Positions 55,721 through 64,000 of a stretch of DNA of 64,000 nucleotides are shown piece after piece. A program made the translations under genes and the position numbers. The stretch covers positions 2,726 to 66,725 of the forward strand of contig JAHEXY010000015.1 of assembly GCA_023251875.1 (NCBI GenBank), in the 5' to 3' direction. How positions within the stretch are numbered: position 1 is the first letter of the stretch; every line of letters begins with the position of its first letter. This stretch comes from Bacteroidota bacterium (GTDB lineage: Bacteria; Bacteroidota; Bacteroidia; JAHEXY01). The notes beneath the pieces were generated by a model that did not search any database, was not told where the DNA came from, and saw only the letters and a program-made list of their open reading frames with translations.

Positions 55721-58362
55721 TAAAATGCATTACCGATATAGATCATTCTAAGCAATTACTTTCAGAAGAAATAGGCGGAAAAGCTAAAAATCTTTTTCAC
55801 CTAAAGGAATTAGGAATGAATGTTCCTAAATGGATGGTTATTCCTCAAGAATCTCTTTTAACTCTTATTCCCGATAATCTAATTACGAAAAAAGATAACA
55901 AACAAATTACAGAGTATATTGAAAATTTATGGTTAGGTGAAGCTTTTCATATTGAAGTGAAAAATTATTTCAACTTTTCAGAAAACCCCAATTTATATTT
56001 TGCCGTTCGTTCATCAGCCATTGATGAAGATGGAAGTGAGTTTTCTTTTGCAGGTCAATTTGAATCTTATTTATATGTTACCTATGCTGATTTAGAAGAA
56101 AAAATAAAACAAGTATGGTGTTCTGCCTTTTCAGAAAGAGTTTCAAATTATCGTAAAGAAAATAAACTAAAACACCAATTGGGTATTGCCGTTATCATAC
56201 AAGAAATGGTAAATGCAGAAGCCGCAGGAGTAGCATTTGGCATGAATCCTACAACGGGAGATAGAAAATCTCACGTAATATCAGCAGTATATGGTTTAGG
56301 TGAAGGACTTGTTTCAGGAGAACTAGATGCGGATGTTTTCTCTGTTAAAAATAATTTCATTGAAAAACTAATTGTAAAAAAAGAACATGCCATTGTTCAA
56401 AGCAATACGGGTAATGGAGTAACAAAAATAAATATTGAGCTAAATAAACAAAATAGCGCCTCCCTAAGCGACAAACAAGTTCTAGAGATCTCTAAAATAC
56501 TGGAAAAATTAAATGCAGCTTTTGTAAAACCACAAGACATTGAATTTGCAGTAGCACATGATCAAATATATTTATTACAAGCCAGGCCCATCACTAATTT
56601 AAATAAAGTTGCTGATACAAATGGAGAAGTAATTGTATGGGATAATAGTAATATTATTGAATCCTATCCGGGTGTTACAACCCCTTTAACCTTCTCATTT
56701 ATCATTAAACTTTATGAAGCGGTTTACAAACAGTTTTCAAGTTTAATGGGTGTAAGTGAAAAAGTAATTGAAGCAGAAAGCCATACCTATGCCAATATGC
56801 TAGGTTTAATTGAGGGTAGGGTATATTATAATTTATTGAGTTGGTATAAAGTATTACAACTTTTTCCGGGTTATTCAGTTAATGCTGAATTTATGGAAAA
56901 AATGATGGGTGTTAAAGAACGTTTTAACCTTGAACAAAAAAATAAGCTATCTAAGTTTCAAGCCTATAAAAGTCTTTTCATCATGGCCGCTAAAATGATT
57001 AAAAGCCTTATTACGCTGCCAAAACAGAGAGATCAATTTTTAAAAGATCTTGATGTTACTATGAAGGAATACAATGCCATCAACTTTGATGAATGCCGTC
57101 CTGATGAATTAATGCACCTGTATTTTAAATTAGAAAATACTTTATTAAAAAAATGGAAGGCTCCTCTCATTAATGATTTCTTTGCCATGATCTATTATGG
57201 TAGTTTACAAAAATTAATTACCAAATATAATATTGAACACAAGGGAAATTTACATAATGATTTATTGTGTGGAAGTAATGATATTATTTCTACAGAGCCG
57301 GTACATCGTTTATTAGAAATATCTACTACTATTATCAATTCAGCTGAAAGCAAAAAACTGTTTTTAGAAAAAGATGCCAACCAAATTTTAATAGAGCTTA
57401 AAAAGGAAAAATACAAACAGGTTGCTGTACTCATTAATGAATACATTCATAAGTTTGGAGAACGATGCGTAGGCGAATTAAAATTAGAAACCATTTCATA
57501 CAAACAAGAGCCCGCTTATCTGGTTAACATTATCAAATCATACGTTGCCCAAAATGTTACAAAACGTATTGCAGAAAACAACATAGAAGAAGAACTCAGA
57601 AAAAATGGAGAAGCATCTGTTAAAAAAGCATTAAAAAACAAACCGTTTAAAAAAGCATTTTTCAATTACTGGTTACGCGTTACACGCACGCTTGTAAGTA
57701 ATAGAGAAAATTTGCGTTATGAACGCACTCGTGCATTTGGTGTTGCCAGATCCATTTTTAGTGCCATTGGAAAACAATTTTATGCCGAGAGTATCATCAA
57801 TCAATCCAGAGATGTTTTTTATTTAACCAAAGATGAAATCTTCGATTTTATAAAGGGAACTTCCTCTAACCGAGATTTAAAATCATTAATAACTATTAGA
57901 AAAAAAGAATTTGAATTTTATCAAATTATGCCTGCCACTGCCGAAAGAATAAAAACGTATGGCATGGTTTACCAAGGAAACGATTTTTATAAAAATGCAT
58001 ATGCCCAAACGGAATTAAAGGGGGATTTAAAAGGTATTGGCTGTTGCCCAGGACAAATAAAAGGAAAGGTAAAGATTGTAAGAAATCCAAATGAAGTAAA
58101 CACATTAAATGGAGATATTTTAGTTACAGCAAGTACAGATCCGGGATGGGTAACATTATTTCCAACTGCCTCTGCCATACTTGTTGAAAGAGGAAGTTTA
58201 TTAAGCCACTCTGCTATTGTATCAAGAGAAATGGGTATCCCGTGTATTGTGGGTATAACGGGATTATTAAACACGCTACAAACCGGTGATGAAGTAGAAT
58301 TAGATGGAAGTACAGGACAAATTAAAATATTAAATAAACAATCAAAGATTGAAACCCTTTAA
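55717..58362 (+). CDS. PEP-synthase-like phosphotransferase with rifampicin-phosphotransferase-type architecture (N-terminal PPDK_N ATP-grasp, helical middle, C-terminal swivel-His domain)
   Basis: IGGKAKNLFHLKELGMNVPKWMVIP, AVRSSAIDED, IEFAV..IYLLQARPIT; C-terminal TDPGW..ILVERGSLLSHSAIVSREMGIPCIVG. No TIM-barrel PEP/pyruvate domain follows. Confidence 0.85.
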   Translation: MIKCITDIDHSKQLLSEEIGGKAKNLFHLKELGMNVPKWMVIPQESLLTLIPDNLITKKDNKQITEYIENLWLGEAFHIEVKNYFNFSENPNLYFAVRSSAIDEDGSEFSFAGQFESYLYVTYADLEEKIKQVWCSAFSERVSNYRKENKLKHQLGIAVIIQEMVNAEAAGVAFGMNPTTGDRKSHVISAVYGLGEGLVSGELDADVFSVKNNFIEKLIVKKEHAIVQSNTGNGVTKINIELNKQNSASLSDKQVLEISKILEKLNAAFVKPQDIEFAVAHDQIYLLQARPITNLNKVADTNGEVIVWDNSNIIESYPGVTTPLTFSFIIKLYEAVYKQFSSLMGVSEKVIEAESHTYANMLGLIEGRVYYNLLSWYKVLQLFPGYSVNAEFMEKMMGVKERFNLEQKNKLSKFQAYKSLFIMAAKMIKSLITLPKQRDQFLKDLDVTMKEYNAINFDECRPDELMHLYFKLENTLLKKWKAPLINDFFAMIYYGSLQKLITKYNIEHKGNLHNDLLCGSNDIISTEPVHRLLEISTTIINSAESKKLFLEKDANQILIELKKEKYKQVAVLINEYIHKFGERCVGELKLETISYKQEPAYLVNIIKSYVAQNVTKRIAENNIEEELRKNGEASVKKALKNKPFKKAFFNYWLRVTRTLVSNRENLRYERTRAFGVARSIFSAIGKQFYAESIINQSRDVFYLTKDEIFDFIKGTSSNRDLKSLITIRKKEFEFYQIMPATAERIKTYGMVYQGNDFYKNAYAQTELKGDLKGIGCCPGQIKGKVKIVRNPNEVNTLNGDILVTASTDPGWVTLFPTASAILVERGSLLSHSAIVSREMGIPCIVGITGLLNTLQTGDEVELDGSTGQIKILNKQSKIETL

Positions 58363-59494
58363 GATTGAAATGAAAATATACCCCAAGAACCCAATGAAAA
58401 AAGAACAATTAAGTAAAGTCAACTTTGAAATTATCCGTTATGCCAACTGTTGGGAAGATGTAGATATTTTACTTGAAGGTTTAAATGCTGAACAAGGCAA
58501 AAAAATACTATCAATTGGTTCAGCTGGTGACAATAGTTTTTCATTACTTATTACCAATCCGGAAACGGTTGTTGTTGTGGATATAAGCAAAGTTCAACTC
58601 TATTTAATTGAACTAAAGAAAGCCGCTTATCTGCATTTAACCTATTTAGAGTTTTTGGGGTTTCTTGGCTTTAGAGAATGGCCTAACAGAATAAAACTAT
58701 TTCATACTCTAAAAACTAGTTTAAGTGAAGATGCCAAAGCGTATTGGGAAAATCATATTACAGATATTGTAAATGGCATAATTTACTTGGGTAAATTTGA
58801 AAACTATTTTCATTTATTCCGTACAAAACTACTTCCTTTTATTCATTCAAAACAAACAGTAGAAAATTTATTTGAACAAAATTCAGCAGAAGATCAAAAT
58901 TCATTTTACAATCAACATTGGAACAATTGGAGATGGAAATTTTTATTCAATATCTTTTTTAGTAAAACTGTAATGGGTCGTTATGGAAGAGATCCTCAAT
59001 TTTTAAAACATGTAGAAATACCCGTTAACAAAGTAATATTAAACCGAACAGAAAACCATCTTAAAAGTGAACAAGTGGCTAACAACCATTTTTTACATTT
59101 TATTGTAAAGGGGTATTTCAAAAAACAATTACCCCACTATGCAAGAAGTGAGAATTTTGAGGTCATAAAAGAAAATTTGCACAAGCTTGTTTTAATAGAA
59201 GGCTTGGCAGAAGATGCATGCAAGCGATATGGAAAATTTCATTATTTCAATTTATCCAACATTTTTGAATACATGGATAAAGAAACTTTTAGAAAAGTGG
59301 CAAAAAATCTTATCCATTATAGTGAAGCCAATGCAAAATACGCCTATTGGAATTTAATGGTGCCAAGAGATATGTCTTCTGAATTTCCAAATGAAGTAAA
59401 AGCAAATAATGAATTGTCTCAACAATTAACTGAAAAAGACAAATGTTTTTTCTATAGTAAATTTCAAATATGCGAATCATTATATAATGAATAA
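58349..59494 (+). CDS. BtaA-like (DUF3419) SAM-dependent 3-amino-3-carboxypropyl transferase family protein
   Basis: YANCWEDVDILLEGL...KILSIGSAGDNSFSLL...VVVVDISKVQLYLIELK matches the BtaA/DUF3419 N-terminal signature. The start could instead be one of two downstream ATGs. Confidence 0.75.
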   Translation: MKPFKIEMKIYPKNPMKKEQLSKVNFEIIRYANCWEDVDILLEGLNAEQGKKILSIGSAGDNSFSLLITNPETVVVVDISKVQLYLIELKKAAYLHLTYLEFLGFLGFREWPNRIKLFHTLKTSLSEDAKAYWENHITDIVNGIIYLGKFENYFHLFRTKLLPFIHSKQTVENLFEQNSAEDQNSFYNQHWNNWRWKFLFNIFFSKTVMGRYGRDPQFLKHVEIPVNKVILNRTENHLKSEQVANNHFLHFIVKGYFKKQLPHYARSENFEVIKENLHKLVLIEGLAEDACKRYGKFHYFNLSNIFEYMDKETFRKVAKNLIHYSEANAKYAYWNLMVPRDMSSEFPNEVKANNELSQQLTEKDKCFFYSKFQICESLYNE

Positions 59495-59524
59495 AAAATA
59501 GACTTTTATAAGTATTAAAAAAAC

Positions 59525-60196
59525 ATGTTAACAAATTTAACCATAGTAGCTTCCATTTTTCTCAGCTTGTTTGCAACAGGAGAATTACTGTATCATAAAC
59601 TTAAAATTAAAGCAGAAATCAGCAGAAAATTTGTTCACTTATTTACAGGCGTATTTACATTTTTACTTCCTGAACTTATAGGCGATCATCGCATTGTATT
59701 TTGTCTGTGCTTAAGCTTTGCAATGCTATTATATGCAAGCAAAAAATATGGTTTTTTAAAATCAATTAATGCCATTGATCGTCCATCACAAGGTAGTTTA
59801 TGGTATCCCTTTATTATTTATGCATGTTATTATTTCTATTCTATTTCTAATGAATATATTTATTTCTATTTACCCATCTTAATACTTGCAATAGCTGATC
59901 CATTAGCAGCCTTGATTGGTAAAAAATGGCCAAAAGGAAAATATACAATCGGTTGTCATACTAAAACTGTTGTAGGCTCTGCGGCATTCTTATCAAGTGC
60001 TTTTATTATTTCTTTATCTATTCTGCTTATGCTTACTCCTGTTCCATTAATAATTTCAATAGCTATTGCATTGGCAATTGCCATTTTCACTACTATTGCT
60101 GAAGCATTAAGTAGAAATGGACTCGATAATTTTACCATTCCTGCGGCTTCGCTATTGGTATTACTTATTATTGAAAAATTTACAGAATTATTTTAA
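59525..60196 (+). CDS. CTP_transf_1 family membrane protein (phytol / dolichol / polyprenol-kinase-like)
   Basis: SRKFVHLFTG, AIADPLAALIGKKW, KTVVGSAAF, GLDNFTIP motifs; about 6 TM helices; 223 aa. Confidence 0.7.
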   Translation: MLTNLTIVASIFLSLFATGELLYHKLKIKAEISRKFVHLFTGVFTFLLPELIGDHRIVFCLCLSFAMLLYASKKYGFLKSINAIDRPSQGSLWYPFIIYACYYFYSISNEYIYFYLPILILAIADPLAALIGKKWPKGKYTIGCHTKTVVGSAAFLSSAFIISLSILLMLTPVPLIISIAIALAIAIFTTIAEALSRNGLDNFTIPAASLLVLLIIEKFTELF

Positions 60197-60207
60197 AAAT
60201 AAATAAA

Positions 60208-61278
60208 ATGCAATTATCTAATCAAGAAAAAAATACTGAAACTCTTTTAAAAATTGATTCAACTTATAAAATTGTTTCTACTCATCCTGGAGAAATTTAC
60301 TTTGAACTTTTTAAAAACTTTCCCAGTAAAATATATTCTGAAGAAGAATTACGTTTTAAACAAACCGAATCGGTAAGCTCAGATCATTTAGTTGGATGTT
60401 ATCTTTTATTTAGAAATGAAGAAATTGTAGGAAGATTTGCATTGTATAACAATCTGCTCTTATTTTACAACAATAAAAAAGCAGCATGCATTGGAAGCTA
60501 TGAATGTATTAATGAAGAAGAAGCCAGTAAGGCCTTATTAGGATTTGCAAGGCAAGAGGCTCAAAAAACAGGAGCAGAATTTTTAATTGGCCCCATGGAA
60601 GGTTCAACATGGAATAATTATAGATTTAGTAATTACAATTACCATCCTAATTTTTTTCTTGAACCTTATCATCATACTCATTACAACCAACATTTTATTG
60701 ATAATGGCTTTGCCTGTATTGCAGAATATGAATCAACGCTAGCCCCTAAGTTTTCTATTAATACAAGCAAAGTAAATGCACTTGAAAAAGATTTAAAATC
60801 AAAGGGATTAACATTTCGTAAACTAGATATTACTAATATAGATACTGAATTATTAAAATTAGCCTATTTTAGTAATGAAGCTTTTAAAGAGAATTTTCTT
60901 TACACCCCAATTAACCCAAATGTATTTGTAGAAAAATATAAAAAAATAATTCCCTTTATTAATCCTGAATATGTGTGGATGGCAGAAGAAAGTAATGGTA
61001 ATTTAGTTGGTGTTCATTTTTGTTACGATTCAAAATACCAACATCAAAAAACCTTAGTAATAAAATCATTGGCCAGAAGTAAAAATAAAAATTACAATGG
61101 CCTTGGAAACTATTTGGCAGCAAAGCTTATTAACAAAGCATTTAATGATGGCTATGAATACATGATATATGCATTTATGCAAAAAAACAATACTTCAGTA
61201 ATGAAATTATCGGATGAATTAAAAGCCGTTGAATATAAAAGCTATTCCCTTTACGGAACATCGCTACATCATCCATAA
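60208..61278 (+). CDS. hypothetical protein, possibly a double GNAT-like acyltransferase fold
   Basis: The weak pattern only (..VGRFALYNN.., ..LVGVHFCY..LGNYLAAKLINKAF..GY) suggests a GNAT-like fold; nothing decisive. Confidence 0.35.
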   Translation: MQLSNQEKNTETLLKIDSTYKIVSTHPGEIYFELFKNFPSKIYSEEELRFKQTESVSSDHLVGCYLLFRNEEIVGRFALYNNLLLFYNNKKAACIGSYECINEEEASKALLGFARQEAQKTGAEFLIGPMEGSTWNNYRFSNYNYHPNFFLEPYHHTHYNQHFIDNGFACIAEYESTLAPKFSINTSKVNALEKDLKSKGLTFRKLDITNIDTELLKLAYFSNEAFKENFLYTPINPNVFVEKYKKIIPFINPEYVWMAEESNGNLVGVHFCYDSKYQHQKTLVIKSLARSKNKNYNGLGNYLAAKLINKAFNDGYEYMIYAFMQKNNTSVMKLSDELKAVEYKSYSLYGTSLHHP

Positions 61279-61330
61279 ATTTAAAATACCCTAATAAAAT
61301 AAAAGAACTCAACAACCCAACCCTCATTGT

Positions 61331-62890
61331 ATGTTCCCAACCCCTGATCCCCTTATTTTTAACGAGGTGAAAAACGTAATTGAATATCTTCATGTAAATG
61401 CTCGGGAATATCCCGATAAAGTGGCCATTCAACACAAAGGCCGCTTTATTACCTATGCTTCTTTAGAAGAAGATGTGTTGCAAACAGCAGCCTATTTCCA
61501 AACCAAAGGTATTCATAAGGGTGATAGAGTACTCGTTTTTGTGCCCATGTCAATTGATTTATACCGTATTGTTTTAGCATTATTTAAAATAGGTGCCACT
61601 GCAGTATTTTTAGATGAATGGGTGAGTAAAGAACGAATGGAACTTTGCTGTAAAATTGCAGAATGCAAAGCATTTATTGGAATATGGAAAGCAAGACTAT
61701 TTTCTTATTTTTCTGAAGAACTAAGAAAAATACCCATCAAATTACGAGTTGATTATGAAAAAGTAAAAACCAAACCTACTTTCAATTATAAAACCGATCC
61801 TAACGACACCGCATTAATTACATTTACAACGGGCAGCACAGGTACTCCCAAAGCCGCTAAACGTACCCATTCTTTTTTACTTGAACAATTTAATGCTTTA
61901 ATAGAAGAAATTTATTTAACACCGGATGCCATTGATCTTACGATGTTGCCTATTTTTGTGCTTTGTAATTTAGGAATTGGCAGCACAACCATAATCCCTG
62001 AATTTAAAGCAAGCAAGCCCGATTCTCTTGATCCTGCTCAAATATTTAAACTCATTCAGCAACATAAAATAAATAGAATTTCGGCTTCACCATTTGTGAT
62101 TAAAAAAATGGCTACATATGCATTAGAAAACAATGTTGAAACAACTAAGCTAAAATATATTTTTACCGGTGGAGCCCCTGTTTTTCCTAAAGAAGCTCAA
62201 CTTTATGAAAAAGCATTTTCACATTCAAATGTTGAAATATTATACGGCTCAACAGAAGCTGAGCCAATCAGTAAAATAAATATTAAAACTTTAATTGAAC
62301 ACAAAACAGACCTATTAAAAAATGGCTTACTTGTAGGCAAACCTACACCCCTTATAAATGTTAAAACAATTAAAATTACTAACGAAGTTATGAAATGTCA
62401 TACCCCCGAAGACATGAACTTACTCGAAGTTTCAAAAAAAGAAATTGGAGAAATAGCCGTAAGCGGCAACCATGTATTAAAAGAATATTACAATAATGAA
62501 GAAGCCTTATTACGAAATAAAATTTTTATAGGAAAAGAAGTTTGGCACCGAACAGGTGATTCAGGATATTTAGATGATGATGGATCTCTATATCTTACCG
62601 GACGTTGTAATCAAATCATCTGGAAAAACGATCAATTGATTGCTCCTTTTTTATATGAAAATTTTCTTCAAACCATTGATGGCGTTGAAATAGGAACTGT
62701 ATTAGACCTCAACAATAACTTATCTATTATTATTGAATTATCCGCTAAAGCTGATAAAAATTATATTGAACAAGAAATTAAAAAGGCAGAAATGATTTAC
62801 GATGCAATTTTATTTGTTCCCAAAATTCCTCGCGATCCCAGACATAATTCAAAAATTGAGTATGCTAAACTTTTTGAACAAGTAAAGTAA
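61331..62890 (+). CDS. AMP-dependent synthetase/ligase (fatty-acid / acyl-CoA-ligase family)
   Basis: ITFTTGSTGTPKAAKRTH (AMP-binding motif), YGSTEAEP, HRTGDSGYLDDDGSLYLTGR. Confidence 0.85.
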   Translation: MFPTPDPLIFNEVKNVIEYLHVNAREYPDKVAIQHKGRFITYASLEEDVLQTAAYFQTKGIHKGDRVLVFVPMSIDLYRIVLALFKIGATAVFLDEWVSKERMELCCKIAECKAFIGIWKARLFSYFSEELRKIPIKLRVDYEKVKTKPTFNYKTDPNDTALITFTTGSTGTPKAAKRTHSFLLEQFNALIEEIYLTPDAIDLTMLPIFVLCNLGIGSTTIIPEFKASKPDSLDPAQIFKLIQQHKINRISASPFVIKKMATYALENNVETTKLKYIFTGGAPVFPKEAQLYEKAFSHSNVEILYGSTEAEPISKINIKTLIEHKTDLLKNGLLVGKPTPLINVKTIKITNEVMKCHTPEDMNLLEVSKKEIGEIAVSGNHVLKEYYNNEEALLRNKIFIGKEVWHRTGDSGYLDDDGSLYLTGRCNQIIWKNDQLIAPFLYENFLQTIDGVEIGTVLDLNNNLSIIIELSAKADKNYIEQEIKKAEMIYDAILFVPKIPRDPRHNSKIEYAKLFEQVK

Positions 62891-62981
62891 ATAATTTATT
62901 TCAATTTTATTGGTAGAATTTGTTTAGTATATTTTTTTTTATACTTTACCTACAAACTAAACATCTAAACACCAATAATCT

Positions 62982-64000
62982 ATGAAAAAATATCTACTCT
63001 TATGGGCATTTACTAGCCTTGTGAATTTAGTAAATGCCCAAGCCTCGCATCCTTGGCCCATGTTTCATAACAATGCTCACCACTCAGGATATGCAAATGT
63101 TTTAGGTCCACAAACTGCAACTATAAAATGGAAATACTACGTTGGTGTTGGGGGAATGAACTTTGCAGGAAATAGTATTGCTATTTCTAAAACAGGAACC
63201 ATTTACGTTGGAGGGCCCAATATTATTACTGCTTTAGATAAAGATGGAAATTTAAAATGGTCACACTTTTATCAAAGTGCACAAGGACCAGCTCTTTCAA
63301 AAGATGGAAATTCTATATACATAGTTGCTGACAGTACCATGATTGCTTTAGATTCTTTGGGCAATGAAAAATGGACATACAAAGCTGGAGGTTCCATGAT
63401 ATTTGGGGTTACTATTTCTGATGATGACAGCGTACTTTATCAGGGCTGTTGGGATAAAAATGTATATGCAATCAATGCTAGTGATGGAACTGTGAAATGG
63501 AAATACCTTACTTATGGTTGCGTTTCATACCCCGTTACTATTGCTACAGATGGAACTATTGTAGTAGGTGGGGGCGATGCCCATTGTGGCTCTGATTCTT
63601 TAATTTACGGTTTAAATACAAACGGTACATTAAAATGGAAATACAAAACCAGTAGTTTAAGAAACGGCTCGCCAGCCATTGGCCCTGATGGATATATTTA
63701 TGTTGCTTCAGGCCCCACATTGTACGTTTTAGATAATGATGGAAATTTAAAATGGTCAGTAGGAAGTATTAATGATGAAATTGCAGGTATTATTACACCG
63801 GCAATTTCTTCAGATACGGCTATCGTTTTAGGAACAAGTAAAGGGTTAATAACTTCTATTAACGGTACCACACATGCAAGTAATTGGACCTATCAAACGG
63901 ATGATGATCCCAATCAATCAGGGTTTTATGGCGTTATTGGATTTCCTGTTGTGGATAATAAAGGAACTACTTATGTGGGTGCTGTAGATTATAATGTTTA
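62982..64000 (+). CDS. secreted PQQ-like / BamB-like beta-propeller repeat protein, 3' end beyond the window
   Basis: Absent from the track because it is open-ended. My translation gives MKKYLLLWAFTSLVNLVNAQ.. with repeated DG(N/T)LKW(K/S) blades. Confidence 0.7.
   Translation, partial: MKKYLLLWAFTSLVNLVNAQASHPWPMFHNNAHHSGYANVLGPQTATIKWKYYVGVGGMNFAGNSIAISKTGTIYVGGPNIITALDKDGNLKWSHFYQSAQGPALSKDGNSIYIVADSTMIALDSLGNEKWTYKAGGSMIFGVTISDDDSVLYQGCWDKNVYAINASDGTVKWKYLTYGCVSYPVTIATDGTIVVGGGDAHCGSDSLIYGLNTNGTLKWKYKTSSLRNGSPAIGPDGYIYVASGPTLYVLDNDGNLKWSVGSINDEIAGIITPAISSDTAIVLGTSKGLITSINGTTHASNWTYQTDDDPNQSGFYGVIGFPVVDNKGTTYVGAVDYNV

Overview
AT-rich 64-kb chromosomal window from a Bacteroidota-type genome, inferred from several type A and one type B T9SS C-terminal sorting domains and TAnnTTTG -7 boxes. 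I support about 45 protein genes and one tRNA-Cys(GCA). I found no rRNA, CRISPR array, transposase, integrase or reverse transcriptase. Housekeeping genes (CCA-adding enzyme, tsaC, ubiE, cbpA-like J-protein, usp, TatD, proline dehydrogenase, ThDP enzyme, truA) alternate with accessory content. Best candidates for something undescribed, in my order: (1) A tightly packed nine-gene co-directional operon at 52.7-62.9 kb. It contains an SRPBCC protein, a class-I-type HMG-CoA-reductase paralogue, a UbiA-family transferase, a rifampicin-phosphotransferase-like swivel-His kinase, a BtaA-like SAM aminocarboxypropyl transferase, a polyprenol/phytol-kinase-like CTP_transf_1 protein, a GNAT-like protein and an acyl-AMP ligase. 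It looks like an uncharacterised lipid/isoprenoid head-group pathway. (2) A polymorphic-toxin locus at 38.3-45.0 kb next to tRNA-Cys. Two signal-peptide-bearing mini-Rhs proteins share a near-identical 280-aa N-terminus and diverge exactly after the RHS core motif into unrelated C-terminal toxin domains, with no visible immunity genes. An LRR protein between them is separated from its T9SS sorting domain by one in-frame TAA. (3) A 3717-aa T9SS giant protein with three tandem 1.64-kb beta-helix modules, a CARDB array and an internal glycine-zipper hydrophobic hairpin. (4) A GxxExxY (PD-(D/E)XK) gene in a 431-bp cassette bounded by 24-nt inverted repeats, wedged inside an SPFH / zinc-ribbon operon and followed by a RhuM-Doc fusion. 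(5) An M1 peptidase fused to an Omp85-type barrel and bracketed by 77-nt inverted repeats. (6) A dispersed family of GC-rich intergenic hairpins. All functional calls come from motif reading of the supplied translations. No database search was run.
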